Assembly (NCBI GenBank): GCA_964187785.1 | Contig: OZ076409.1 | Span: forward strand, 38,690,001 to 38,754,000 | Source: Amphiscolops sp. MND2022 | Taxonomy: Eukaryota | Length of the DNA: 64,000 nt | Direction: 5' to 3' | Part shown: piece by piece, positions 23,901 to 34,441 of the stretch | Layout: each line of letters opens with the position of its first letter | Numbering within the stretch: the first letter of the stretch is position 1 | Made by a program: the position numbers and the translations under genes | Notes under the pieces: generated by a model | What the model saw: only the letters and a program-made list of their open reading frames with translations | What the model was told of the DNA's origin: nothing | Database searches by the model: none

Positions 23901-26900
23901 GATGTCAAGTATTTGTTTTTCCAGGTAGCTCTACCTCGTCCAGCAATCGCATTGCAAGAATTTTACAGTTCAAAAATACATTCGAAAACTTCGCGACAGT
24001 TGCAAGATCCTCTGGGTGTCATGACGGGAAATTTGCCCAGCTGGCTGGTGGAAATTGGAAAGAGTTTTCCTTATCTTCTACCTTTCGAGGCAAAAAGTTT
24101 GCTGTTTTATGTAACCTCATTTGACCGCGACCGAGCCATGCTGAGGCTGCAAGAAAGCGCGGCCACCGCAGAAGGAGCTGCTGGTAACAACAGTTCTGCC
24201 GGGATGAATTCCTCTCAGAATGAGGCCAGTGACAGGGTCCAACCAAGACTTGACCGCAAAAAAGTCAGTTTTCAATATTTCGTCTCCCAATTTTTAGTCG
24301 GCGCTTTTCTTAAGAAAAGAGCCCGACTATTACAGTCACTCGTTTTTTTTATTTAAGAGACTCGAAGCGACGAACGTTAAAATTAACGTTCAACTACTAA
24401 ATACAGTACTAAACTACTGGACCGCTAAAGGCAAACGGGGAGCGCATTCATTTACTTTTTAAACGTTACCTACAAGCCCGGACGGGACTAAAGTTCCCCC
24501 CCCTTTCGAAATTTTTTTAATGTCTTAAGGTCCCCCTTTGAGTTTTTTGTTATTTTGCTACAGAATGCGTGTTTATAAATCAAAAAGGGTCCCCCCTTTT
24601 ACATTTTTCGGCACTGTGCGACATTTTCCGAAAGAAATTTTTTTTCTCGAAAATTTCAAGTTTTTTTCCAAAAAAAATGTTTTGCGCTTTTTGAGCCTTA
24701 GATATAGCGCCGACTTGAGACGTTCCCGTCTTGTTCTTTTAAAACTCACATATAAAGACTTTTGCTTCGACTTCGAATTCGATATTGAAATTATTCGTGC
24801 AACTGATTCTAGTTGATTGAATTACTTATGTTTTCAGAGAGTCGTCACCCGTTGCACTGCAGTGGCGGAATCAGGAGCTGCAGGGATTATGCTGAAAGAG
24901 GCGGAGTCAATCCTCAACGAATTCGGCTCCTCCCGAATAGTACTTGAGCTGCAGTTCCGCGATGAAGTCGGATCCGGGTTAGGACCCACGCTTGAGTGGT
25001 ACACCCTTATCTCCCATCAACTCATGCGCAAAGATCTGGAGATGTGGAGGTCATTAGATGACGATGAAAGCCATGACTACCACATCTCAGCTGACAACAC
25101 AATTCACGGTAAGTACTGACCAACACCATTAATCATCAAATTTTTACATAGTTTGATGGTCTTTTCCCTCACAAAAAGAGGTTTTATCCAAGATGGGGAA
25201 ATTTTCAAAGCATTTTGATTCTCAGTGTATAAAATTTTCACCTATTAGAGAATTAAAATTAAAAAATTGAAATTCAATTCATAAAAGTAACTCTGGACTA
25301 CCGACCAACTGGCATTAGAAAAAGATTTTGAAGCAATCAGCTTCCCAATTGTGTGATGTACTTAGCCTCATGCTCTAACTGTTCTGTTTTGGTGTTATTT
25401 TTGGCTTCATGTAAGGTTACCTAAAATGCTATCCCTCCCTATAGTTTTTTAAATTTGCGCTAATTCATATAGTAGTTTTTGTTTTGTAGAAAGCAACAAG
25501 AAGTCAAATGTGCAATATGTGAAGCCAAACAATGGACTCTTTCCCCGTCCTTTTGGTCGATATGTGAAAAACTCTCTGCTAAACAAAGTGAAGAGCAGGT
25601 TCCGTTTGCTTGGCAAGTTTCTGGCCCGGGCCCTCATGGATAACCGGCTCGTTGACCTACCTTTAAGCATCCCTTTCTACAAATGGTTGTTGGGCATGGA
25701 ACACTGCCTTACAGCCGCTGACTTGGAGCACATCGACCCAGCTCTCTTCCGAATCTACTGCCGACTCCAGCAACTCGTAGTTAGAAAACGCCAATTAGAA
25801 GCAGACCTTTCTCTCGTTAGTACCATTTTTTAAATAAAAACACATATGTCGCTCGAAAATTTGCAATGGCCTGAATTCAGTCCACGAAGTTCCTACATGA
25901 TATTTACAGAATTTTTGTAAACGCAATTTTTGTAAATGCATGGATTATTCGAATGTTTGATTTTTGTTTCAGAATCCTTCAAGCTTACAATTAGCTCTTG
26001 AGAGCCTAACTCTGGACAACTCTACTGTGGAAAGTCTTGATTTGACTTTTGAACTTCCGGGCTACAACATCGAGATGAAGAAGGGCGGAAAAGACGCAAT
26101 AGTTACTATCCACAACTTGGAACAGTATTTGGATCTGCTGGTCTATTGGACCCTGCATGAAGGAGTCAGCAAGCAGATGGAAGCTCTTCGGGAAGGATTT
26201 GAGTCCGTGTTTCCTCTTGATCACCTGCGCTTTTTCTTTCCCGAAGACCTTGATGAGCTTTTCTGTGGTGCTGGAAAATGTGAGAAATGGTGCGCCAAAG
26301 ATATTGCCGATTCTACCAAAGTGGACCACGGTTTCACTCATGAAAGGTACTTCTGCTTTTTCTAATTTTCCCCTCCTTTCTTTTGAATTTGTGATTAAAG
26401 GAAGACCATGTGCACCGAAATAATGAAAGGAACAATGCATCGTTGGTCCATTATTTGAAAAAAACAAATTTAGACTAAGTGGGCCTGGGATGAGCGGTTT
26501 CTAGTTTTCAGTTTAATTGAATGTTCTTTTTCAATTAAACTGTAGAATTAAAGTGTGGCTCGAGATATATTATCTCTTTCTTTGGACATTCTTGAAGGAC
26601 CCATCCGAAGACTTCCTTCAGACAATTTTGTTTCAGCCAAGCTGTAAAATGGTTCTTCGACATCATTTGTCAATATGGATACTCGGAACAAAGGCTCCTG
26701 CTGCAGTTCATCACAGGAAGTCCCCGTCTGCCTGTTGGAGGTAAATGTCTCATCTAAATCACTCCATTGTTTTTTATCAAGCCGCGGGTTCTTTCATCAT
26801 GGAAAGCACTTGCTTTCAACCTCCTTAAAGATGAGCCTAGTTAGTAAAATAAGTAGTATAAAATAAGAAGTATCGTCTTGTTTCATTTGTAATTTATTGT

Positions 26901-27103
26901 CAGGTTTCCGATCTCTGAACCCGCAGCTAACCATTGTGCGGAAAACTCTTTCAAATCCAGACGAAAGCCCAGACGATTTCCTGCCTTCAGTAATGACATG
27001 TGTGAACTATTTCAAACTTCCGGACTACTCAACGCGAGAGATCATGGCGGCCAGACTGCGCCAAGCCATCTTTGAAGGACAGCAGTCTTTTGATCTGTCC
27101 TGA
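8959..27103 (+). CDS. TRIP12: E3 ubiquitin-protein ligase TRIP12-like (HECT; ARM + WWE + HECT), spliced gene, about 2185 aa; exons 8959-8981, 10282-10685, 11770-11838, 14591-14689, 15070-15677, 15747-15800, 17560-17846, 17928-18313, 20527-22388, 22700-23851, 23925-24263, 24838-25108, 25490-25815, 25973-26346, 26637-26740, 26904-27103
   Basis: Translations match recognisable TRIP12 motifs: [58 protein letters not shown]-type [31 protein letters not shown]...[47 protein letters not shown]-terminal [17 protein letters not shown]...FDLS*. All introns are GT-AG and phase-compatible; the summed length is divisible by 3. The first exon and the 20527 acceptor are the least certain. Confidence 0.93.
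10282..10685 (+). CDS. TRIP12: TRIP12 exon, Ser/Ala/Gly-rich disordered N-terminal region
   Basis: GC-richer open frame (ORF 10253-10690); acceptor ttatcatag, donor CCAA|GTTAGT in phase 1 joining 11770. Confidence 0.75.
11274..11726 (+). mobile_element. HINE family A copy in a TRIP12 intron
   Basis: Same termini and internal sequence as 581-1052. Confidence 0.7.
11770..11838 (+). CDS. TRIP12: TRIP12 69-nt exon ([22 protein letters not shown])
   Basis: ctgtttcag acceptor and CAAG|GT donor; [17 protein letters not shown] parallels the conserved DDSEMGRLQ-ALLEARG. Absent from the ORF track. Confidence 0.8.
13567..14021. mobile_element. MULE-like MITE with long TIRs built of TTTCAACC subrepeats
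   Basis: About 120-bp inverted repeats (GGTTACATGACATTTCGTCCTATACACTTTCAA... / ...TTGAAAGTGTATAGGACGAAATGTCCTGACACCG); degenerate 9-bp flanks ccGAGCTCg / ttGAGCTCa. Confidence 0.75.
14591..14689 (+). CDS. TRIP12: TRIP12 exon ([23 protein letters not shown])
   Basis: Conserved motif; ttttttag acceptor, G|GTAATT donor. Confidence 0.9.
14849..15020. mobile_element. hAT-type MITE (172 bp)
   Basis: TIR CAGTGTTGACC / GGTCGACACTG; 8-bp flanks ATTGTGTT / ATTGCATT; internal AATTTAAACT repeats. Confidence 0.65.
15070..15677 (+). CDS. TRIP12: TRIP12 exon, ARM repeats
   Basis: ORF 15060-15686 with [47 protein letters not shown]. Confidence 0.96.
15747..15800 (+). CDS. TRIP12: TRIP12 54-nt exon ([18 protein letters not shown])
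   Basis: tttcag acceptor, GTTAGT donor; fills the conserved gap before LVVTPP. Confidence 0.9.
17051..17418 (+). mobile_element. HINE family A copy (diverged 3' end)
   Basis: 5' end identical to the 1835 copy; 3' GCGTCGACTT...CACGTTTTGTT. Confidence 0.6.
17560..17846 (+). CDS. TRIP12: TRIP12 exon, ARM region
   Basis: [23 protein letters not shown]...[17 protein letters not shown] donor. Confidence 0.93.
17928..18313 (+). CDS. TRIP12: TRIP12 exon, WWE domain
   Basis: DLMPSLP...[27 protein letters not shown]...[21 protein letters not shown]. Confidence 0.92.
18500..18999 (-). mobile_element. HINE family B copy with internal 20-bp tandem repeat
   Basis: subTIR ATTTTCCGCCC / GGGCGGAAAAT, terminal hairpin CCCGCT-GAGG-AGCGGG next to AACAAG; GGGGTCATTTTGTCATTAA repeats at about 18720-18810. 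Related ends at about 4200-4238 and 28580-28622. Confidence 0.62.
18998..19340 (-). mobile_element. HINE family A copy abutting the family B copy
   Basis: AACAAACCGGGACCGGCCCAAGTCGGCGC start and GCGCCTACTAAAAA end, the reverse complements of the family A termini. Confidence 0.7.
19355..19944. mobile_element. piggyBac-type MITE
   Basis: TTAA on both sides; TIR CCTTAAGTTGGCCA / TGGCCAAGTTAAGG (1 mismatch). Confidence 0.85.
20527..22388 (+). CDS. TRIP12: TRIP12 large exon: ARM end, Ser-rich insert, helical region
   Basis: ORF 20514-22430: [55 protein letters not shown]. The acceptor position is uncertain. Confidence 0.92.
22700..23851 (+). CDS. TRIP12: TRIP12 exon, helical/UBL-like region
   Basis: [34 protein letters not shown]...[22 protein letters not shown]. 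Confidence 0.94.
23925..24263 (+). CDS. TRIP12: TRIP12 exon, pre-HECT
   Basis: [19 protein letters not shown]...[15 protein letters not shown]...PRLDRKK. Confidence 0.94.
24291..24735 (+). mobile_element. HINE family A copy, 27 nt downstream of a TRIP12 donor site
   Basis: Family A termini. Confidence 0.7.
24838..25108 (+). CDS. TRIP12: TRIP12 exon, start of HECT N-lobe
   Basis: [36 protein letters not shown]. Confidence 0.95.
25490..25815 (+). CDS. TRIP12: TRIP12 exon, HECT
   Basis: GLFPRPFGR...[32 protein letters not shown]. Confidence 0.95.
25973..26346 (+). CDS. TRIP12: TRIP12 exon, HECT
   Basis: [18 protein letters not shown]...[10 protein letters not shown]...[15 protein letters not shown]...DHGFTHE. 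Confidence 0.95.
26637..26740 (+). CDS. TRIP12: TRIP12 exon, HECT C-lobe
   Basis: [10 protein letters not shown]...[18 protein letters not shown]; tttcag acceptor and GTAAAT donor. Confidence 0.93.
26904..27103 (+). CDS. TRIP12: TRIP12 last coding exon with catalytic Cys
   Basis: [14 protein letters not shown]...[17 protein letters not shown]...GQQSFDLS*. Confidence 0.96.
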
Positions 27104-27162
27104 ACAAGTCTCGTCATTGCTCTGCCCGCCCTATCAGAGAAGGAAGGAGGACTCTATCTCGA

Positions 27163-27168
27163 AATAAA
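27163..27168 (+). promoter_or_regulatory. possible polyadenylation signal AATAAA for TRIP12
   Basis: First AATAAA, 60 nt after the stop, followed by T/G-rich sequence; not proven. Confidence 0.3.
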
Positions 27169-28869
27169 TGTTTCATTACTTGGTGCTTTTTGGTTCACAT
27201 ATAATCTACATACTTAAACCAAACAATTCTAACAAAACTTAGTCAGCGGACTTATTTGGTAATTGAATGAACTTTTCAGACTCCTATGACCCCCTTGATA
27301 CATTTCTTCCTAATTTACGTAACTCTTACGCTACATTACGTAACATACCCCTGTGGTCCATGTTGTCTGGCAATCAGATTCCTCTCTTCCCGAAGTCCTT
27401 TGCCGGATGAACCTCTCCCCTGTCCCTCGTTCGATCCCTGTCCTACCTCCCAACTCAGCCCCAAATTCTTTCGGCTACACTGGTGCTACATGCCTCCAAT
27501 AGTTGAGCTGTTATTTGTTACCACGGCGGCCCTGTTTTCATTGAATATAATCTTTCGGTTTTTCATGTTTCGCTTTTCTCGTAGGTTAGTTTTGTTCTTC
27601 AAATCTGCATCATATTAATACCAATACTATTATAATACGGTGCTGGATCATGTTGTTGTTCTTGTTTGGTAGCAGCCATCGCTCACGTCGCATCCAATGG
27701 ATTCAATGAATCAGCCTGATGACAAGTTCATGGCCTACACTTTGGGAGTGAGAAGTAATTAATCGACTGAAAAGGGAAGAGCATCCACGCAGTTAAAATA
27801 CTTGATCTGCTCTGTGTCATAGCAATGTTTCTCACATTCAAGTCTTTTCCGCGTTCCATCGTTTCGTATGTAAAAACTGCTTTTTTGGAAATACGTTAAT
27901 GAAAACAAGTAATAGATTTTAACTTTGCACTTCTTTTTCCCTGCAAAGACTCAGATTAAAGAGCGCAAAAAAGATATGTGGAAAACGAACAACCGAGTTG
28001 TTACGTTGTCAAAGATCTCAAGTATGAACTAGGATTGTTAAGGGAGAAGTGTAAAATTAAACAGTGGTATTTGTTCCAGATGAGGCCTCCTGAAAAATAG
28101 CTCGGTCGTCGTGCAGATTACTATTACTATTTTACCGACGCAAACATCCAAAAATCGAACAAAAACTGCAAGACTTCCGGAAATTCAACTTCTGGTACAC
28201 TTGGATTTTTTTCGGAAAAAAGTTGCATTTCTTTTGATAAGTATGCAGAATAGCTGAATATTTCTTTGAGTTCTGCGGCCTTTGTTGCTAGAATTTTATT
28301 GGATTTAGTCGAGAATATTTTGACCGTACTGCCGCCAAACCTTTTCTTTCCAGTTCATTGCTTATGCATAAGCAACCATTTCAACTTTTTCTTACTAACT
28401 ACCTTCAAAGCAGTGAATGCAAAAATTCAATCAGGATGTAGGTGTATTTTTCAATCAAGTAATAAAGCATAATTTAAACTGTACTCTCGTTGAAAGTTAC
28501 TTTCATTTTTGAAAAACTGCAAATTATCGCGAACACGAGTAGGACCGATATCAAGATACATGTTATTGGAGAAACTTCAAACAAGACGACCGCTGAGCAG
28601 CGGTAAATTTTGCGCCCGAACTTTTGTAGCTACATTTCCTCAGGGCTCGAAAATTTTCAGTTCGTCTATCATCGAAAATTTGATAAATAGCTAGCTACCT
28701 TTCAATCGCTGAGCTCTGCTGATACTGATACCCACATCGATAAGGTGTATATCAATCGGAAGTAGACTATTGTCGAGATGAAAAAAAGTTCAATACCCAA
28801 ATTCCGCTGGATATAGGCTCAATCAGTGGCTCAGCTTTTTCAAAAAATGCGTTTTCCGTAAAATATTGC

Positions 28870-29770
28870 CGTTTAGCAAGCTACGGCACGAAGTGGTTGC
28901 GGCAGAGCGCCAAGCGATGATACGAACTCGCTAAAAGAAAACACGTTGTTGATCAACAAAACTGTATTAAAGATTTTAAAGATAAAGATCATTTGCCACA
29001 TGGTCTATATGTTACGTACAGTTGATTCAATTCAAGTATTAACAACCGCAGTTTTATCAAGCCCTTTAACATGGCGCTGCGAGAAATGCAATTCAGCGGG
29101 GAAGTGTCAACTTCAGGCGGAGCGTCAGCTGTATCGGGATTGCCAACATTTTGGGATTCGGTAGATTCAGCACCTAAAACAGAATGGGAGGAATGGTGGG
29201 ACCTATTTGTGGTTGCCACCAATGCAAAATCTTCGATATCAGTGACAACAACCCAGAGTCTTAGCACTCAATAACCTGAACGAGCAGACAGCTGAAAGAA
29301 AAATAGTCAGTGTCCTCTTATCTTTGGGATCGGCAGCGAGGAAAAGCCTAACCGACAAGTTTCCCCACATGAGAGTGGCAACAATACGACTACGAGAAAC
29401 AAAAGCAAATTGTGACGAAGCCTTCGAAAAGCCCAGAAACAGAACGCTGGAAAGATAAAATTCTTTTCACGGAAACAAAGCTCCAAGGAATCAACCCGAC
29501 AATTCTGGTATACCTTAACTGGCATGGCAGCAAGGTGTGATTTCGGCGACCAAACAGAAAGCCTCATAATGAATACATTCTTTCAAAACATGAATAATAA
29601 AACTGTACAGCAGAAGTTGTGTACGGAACCAAAAAATAATCCACAGGAAGCATTTCAATTCGCGATCGCATACGAAGAAGGTATAAATCAACATCGAGCA
29701 AGGAGGAAGTGCAATCAGAGAAATCAAAAACGAACCAGTCTGTGCAATCTTCACACACACAAAATCAAGC
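28870..29770 (+). mobile_element. truncated Ty3/gypsy LTR retrotransposon: LTR 3' end, PBS and decayed gag
   Basis: LTR-like end ...TTTAACA then PBS TGGCGCTGCGAG at 29072; gag-like WEEWWDLF, KFFSRKQ...RQFW..LTGMAARCDFG...MNNKTVQQKLCTE, with stops and frameshifts. Confidence 0.75.
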
Positions 29771-30531
29771 TAAGTAGCCTGAGTGGTCAAACGCTTTTTT
29801 AAAATGTTTCTGGATCTTGATACCCTCGAAAACATCTGAAATGTGCAGGCAAACCGAGACTGCCGGAAATTGAACTTTCATTTCGCTTAAGCTTTTCTTT
29901 CGGAAAAAAGTTTTATTTCTTCTGATAATTATGTTAGGTAGCTTATTATTTCTGCGTCTTTGTTGCGAGATTTTATAAAATTTGCGTCGGATTTTATTGG
30001 ATTTATTTTTAAAAAATTTTCAGTCGTACTGCCGCCAAAACTTTTTGTGTTCATTATGTTTCTACTTAAGCTACTGGGCGAAACCTATTCTTTGATCGCC
30101 GTTCTAACTTTCAGTTTTTTTCCATAGCAAACACTCAGCACCGTGCGAGATACTTTTTAAGTGAAAGCGACGATTAACATGTTAACTTTTAACTACTGTT
30201 CCTCTTTACCTTCAAAGCGTAAATGCCAAATGTCATCATTCAGGAGTATTACACTTTTTCCCAGTAGAAAAGGTCAGTTGAAACAGAGTTCTTTCAGTGA
30301 TAACTCCTGTTGACATTTCTTTTGGTGTTGAAGAGAAAATTTCAAAAATAAAGAATTGCCAGGACATCTGTCTTGATTCGAAAATGATTTTGAAATTGCG
30401 ACTGAAATTTTATTCCGGAAGTTCATGCGCGTTTTTTTTTGGAGAATTACACCAACCAATTTTTGCAAATCAAACGTAAGTTACATGAATTTCAAACAAA
30501 CTGTTTTCAATTGAAAAAAGTCAGTCTCTAG

Positions 30532-30887
30532 TTTTTAGTCGGCGCTTTTATCAATGAAAGAGCCCGACTATTACAGTCACTCGTTTTTTTCTTTAAGACA
30601 GACTCGAAGCGACGAAAGATTTGTTTATTTTGTTCAACTAAACGAATACCTGGGAAACGCATCTAAATTATCATAAAAGGGTCCCATTTCAGTTTTCACT
30701 TTTCAAACGTAACGTACAAAACCAGACAAGACTAAAGGGTCACTCAATTTTTTTCGGCGCTGTGAGAATTTTTCGAAAGTTTTTTGTCCGAAAACAGGAG
30801 TTTTTCATGAACACGTCCTACGCATATTTCAAATCTGCGCTTTTTGAGCCTTAGATAAAGCGCCGACTTTAGAAGTTCCCGTCTTGT
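30532..30887 (+). mobile_element. HINE family A copy
   Basis: Family A termini; 5' part similar to the 24291 copy. Confidence 0.7.
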
Positions 30888-31144
30888 TTCATGGTAAGGC
30901 CAGTTTTCGGATACGAACATTGTTTTTACTGTATGTTGAGGTTCTACTCAACGTAGAAACAGAGGTATTTAACTCTTTGCAGTTTTTATAGCAGTGTTTT
31001 GATAAAGATTTTGAACAATGCCTACAAGTTGCAACTAATTGGAACAGAAGAATTTTACAAAAAAAGTGGCATCAGTGCATATAGTCAGTACAGTTTCAAA
31101 TTTTCTGCCGAAATGTCAACCGAAACACCGTTTTCTTTAAGTAA

Positions 31145-31515
31145 AACAAGCCGGGAACGGCCCAAGTCGGCACCATATCTAAGGCTCAAAAATAGCAAAA
31201 GGACTTCAAAGTGTCAAGTATTCTCTTCAACAGTACCCGCATGAGGAAAAAATTGAAAAAATCCCATTTTTTGAAGTTTTTTTTTTCAAAATTTTTTGGT
31301 CTCCGATAAGTCGCATAGTGCCGAAGAATGTAGAAGGGGACCTCAAAAAAGCCTAATTAACCTCTACCTCAAGTGCCAGTAGAAGTAGTGTGGCATTTAG
31401 TGTTAGTTCAAGTCAGCTTATAAAGCTTATAAAATCAGTCACTTCGCTGGTCTTAAAAAAAAGAAAAGTCACTACTATAGTCTGCTTTTTTCTACGAGAA
31501 AGCGCCGACTAAAAA
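31145..31515 (-). mobile_element. HINE family A copy
   Basis: Reverse-complement family A termini. Confidence 0.7.
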
Positions 31516-31650
31516 TGTACGGAATATATCAAAAATTTCACAATTCACAAAAACTTCAATTCTCGACAAGCTTTTTGTGTAACTATTGAATTTATAACCA
31601 ACAAGATTGAAAATGGAACAGTTGGCTTCTTGAATTGTTTGACAGTACAA

Positions 31651-31890
31651 CGTTATATTCGAATTTTGAAAACGTTACATCTGAACTTTGAAACTATGAA
31701 CCGTACTTTGAAAACGTTACATCCGAATTTTAAAACTTTAAATCCGATCTTTGAAAACGTTATATCCGAACTTTGAAACCGTTACATATGAACATTGAAA
31801 CGTTATATCCGAACTTTGAAAACGTTACATCCGAACTTTCAAAACGCTATATCCCAACTTTGAAAACGTTAAATCCGAACTTTGTTGGTA
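31651..31890. repeat. 22-bp minisatellite (TTGAAAACGTTA[T/C]ATCCGAACT), about 10 copies
   Basis: Visible tandem units; the core CGTTATATCCG / CGTTAAATCCG recurs dispersed to about 32230, upstream of a minus-strand HINE-like end at about 32325. Confidence 0.85.
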
Positions 31891-32336
31891 AACGTTGTTA
31901 TATGAGAAACGTTCTACATAACATTTTTTACAGCTTTGACAAATTCTCCAATAAAGGTTTTATCCGGAATTCACTATATCCGGTTTGCGTTAAATCTTGT
32001 TTGGGTTGATTCGGGTTTGCGTCAAAAAATTCAAAGGGGAGACCCTTCTGTACCATTGAAAAATTCTCCAGGAAACGTTATATCCGGTATACGTTAAATC
32101 CGTAATTCGTTATATCCTGCTTGCGTTAAATCCGTTTTGCGTTAAATCGGGTAGAGGTTATGTTATTGTCGAAGGAGGTTCCTTAGCACTTTTTACAGTC
32201 TGGAAAGTTTCACGTTATATCCGGTATACGTTACAGCATATAAAGTGTATAAAATTTGTCACTTCGTTGGTCTTAAAAAAACCACTACTATAGTCGTCTC
32301 TTGCTACGAAAGCGCCGAATTAAAAAACTTTTGCAC

Positions 32337-33380
32337 TTTTAGTCGGCGCTTCTTGAAGGGAAAACTCGACTATAATAGTGACTCGTTTGTCAATCCACAC
32401 GAACTGACCAAAATAGCTCTACAAAGTTCTACGAAACTTTAAGGTGTCAAATTGGACCATTTGGTCCAGGAACTGAACTATAGTAGTTGCTCCTTTCATT
32501 AAGCGTAATATAAAATACCAGACGAGACTGAAGGCTTTCACGTTTCATTTTTTTTCGGTGGCGTGAGACTTTTTTCCGAAAAGATTTCAATGGCTCCAAA
32601 TAGTCCCACCCTTTAATGTTTGATATTTTGCAACAGAATAGATGTTAAAAAATTTCAAAGGATCCCCTTTTTAGCGCTTTACTTACTTCGGTTCACTTTT
32701 GGGTTTTTCGGGTACTGCGGAAGAGACTTGATTCGAAGTCAAAATTTTTGTCAAAAAAAGTCAAAAATTCGCCCTGGAAATTTTCAATCTAAGGATATCG
32801 TTGTTTCTTGATGATTTTAGCAAGGAAAAAACGTTCTATACCCATGGGTGTTTCGGCACTGTGCAATGGGTTTTCAGAGAAAAGTTTTCCAGGAGCAAAA
32901 TTGGGTTTCTTGATCTTTCAAGAGATGAAAACATTTTTCGAGTCCCTGGTGATTTTCTTGTTATTTTGTTGTGTTGTGTGAGAGATTGATGAGAGTGTTC
33001 GCAATAAGTGTTCTTGACCACATATTATAATAAATGCTCTCGATCACGTATGAAAGATTTGCACTTTTTTGGCCACTGCGAAAAGTTTAGAAAGATTAGC
33101 TCAAGACTTTTTATGGGAAAATTCACAAAAGTGTCGAAACACCCAAAATGTCCTTTTAGTGATCGGAAAATGTTGCACATATTCGGATATAGCACTTTAC
33201 TTCCGGTATTCCCTCGAAAATTTAGGGAGTATTGAAAAAAATTATGGGTGGATTCATATTGGTAAAACTACATTGTCAGACGAAAAATGAGAATTTTGAA
33301 CAGTCTCATAGTGCCGAAAAATGTGAAAATGGGGACCCTTTGAGATTTTTTAACATCCATTCTGTTGCAAAATTTTCGGA
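32337..33380. mobile_element. degraded HINE family A fragments in both orientations
   Basis: TTTTAGTCGGCGC...CGACT start at 32337; reverse-oriented internal unit at about 33280-33375; no intact 3' end. Confidence 0.5.
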
Positions 33381-34441
33381 CAGGAGGTTTTTGATTTCGT
33401 ACTTTTACGTCACACAGTTTATTTACGAATAAATTTGGCCAGATCTGAGAGCCAACGTTATTGTTGACTAAAAACATTCACTATGGAATTTTTTCTATGC
33501 GCCAAATCAATCAATACCAAACCTTTGAATCTGAGTCGTTTCTGCATGTGGTGATTTATCTCTGGCATCATTCGTTACCCTGGATCTCACTATTATTATT
33601 TTACTGAAGTAACGCGAAAAGGTTGAGGTAAGTAGAGGCAAGTAGAGATGTCTCTAGTTTACTACCCCAACGAAGTTGTTTTTCCCTTGAAACATCTGAT
33701 TGAAGAAAGCAGTATGGACTACGAGACACTATCTGTGAATTTTTGGCCAAACAATTGGTTAGTGGGGAACAAACTTTCAGCGATGAGTATCCCTGAGTTT
33801 TTAGGCACCCTTTTCTTTTGAACGACGTCTAAAGTGAACAAGATTTTGGTTTGAAAATGAACTTATCTTTACAAAAATAACGGTGTTTACTAAGAACACT
33901 TAAGCCACTTCTGTGTAGAACGACGGGGAGCTTGATTTTGAGTCAAATCAGCGCATTTGGTATGGAGCTATCCTTTGGGTTTCAGATTGGCTCAATTTAA
34001 CAAGCTAAACAACAGTTTTTTAAAATTCAGAGCCCTCTAATCAAGCTTGATTGATGTTCGGAAAAACTTTATATACTTTCCCGGTTCACTAGGTTTCAAA
34101 CAATTACTAGATTGGTTGGAAATTGTTATTTGAGAATTGTGTATAGAGAATATTGGTATTGAAAAGCAGGGTCTGTAAAACAACAAAGGAGTTTCCGAGG
34201 GCCACGTAGTTGTCGACAGTGAAATCACGAACCTCGTAGTCCTTAGCTGTTTTTCCTAGCCCATATTTTGTCCTTGTCTGATTACGTTTGAGTTGATGGT
34301 AGCCATTAATATAATTCACTTTTCTGTTGCAGCTTTTTATAGCATTCCGGAGAAAAGTTTCCACTGACGACATCACAATAACAAGTTTTTCGTAGAATAC
34401 TTTTTGTTAGATAACGTTCCAAATAGCATAAAAGCAATAAA

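Noticed and set aside
23259..23924. N-terminal 220 aa of the 365-aa ORF 23259-24356 as a dual-coding frame
   Set aside because: It is a shifted frame overlapping the true exon and reading through a 73-nt intron; only 23925-24263 is TRIP12-like.
27286..27618. 110-aa hydrophobic ORF after the TRIP12 stop
   Set aside because: No homology recognised; most simply 3' UTR or intergenic sequence.
31651..31890. Regularly spaced short repeats resembling a CRISPR array
   Set aside because: Units are head-to-tail with no unique spacers, there are no cas genes, and the context is eukaryotic.
34107..34376. RDFTVDNY as a BEL-type RT YVDD motif
   Set aside because: Flanking RT motifs are not at the expected spacing; left unassigned.
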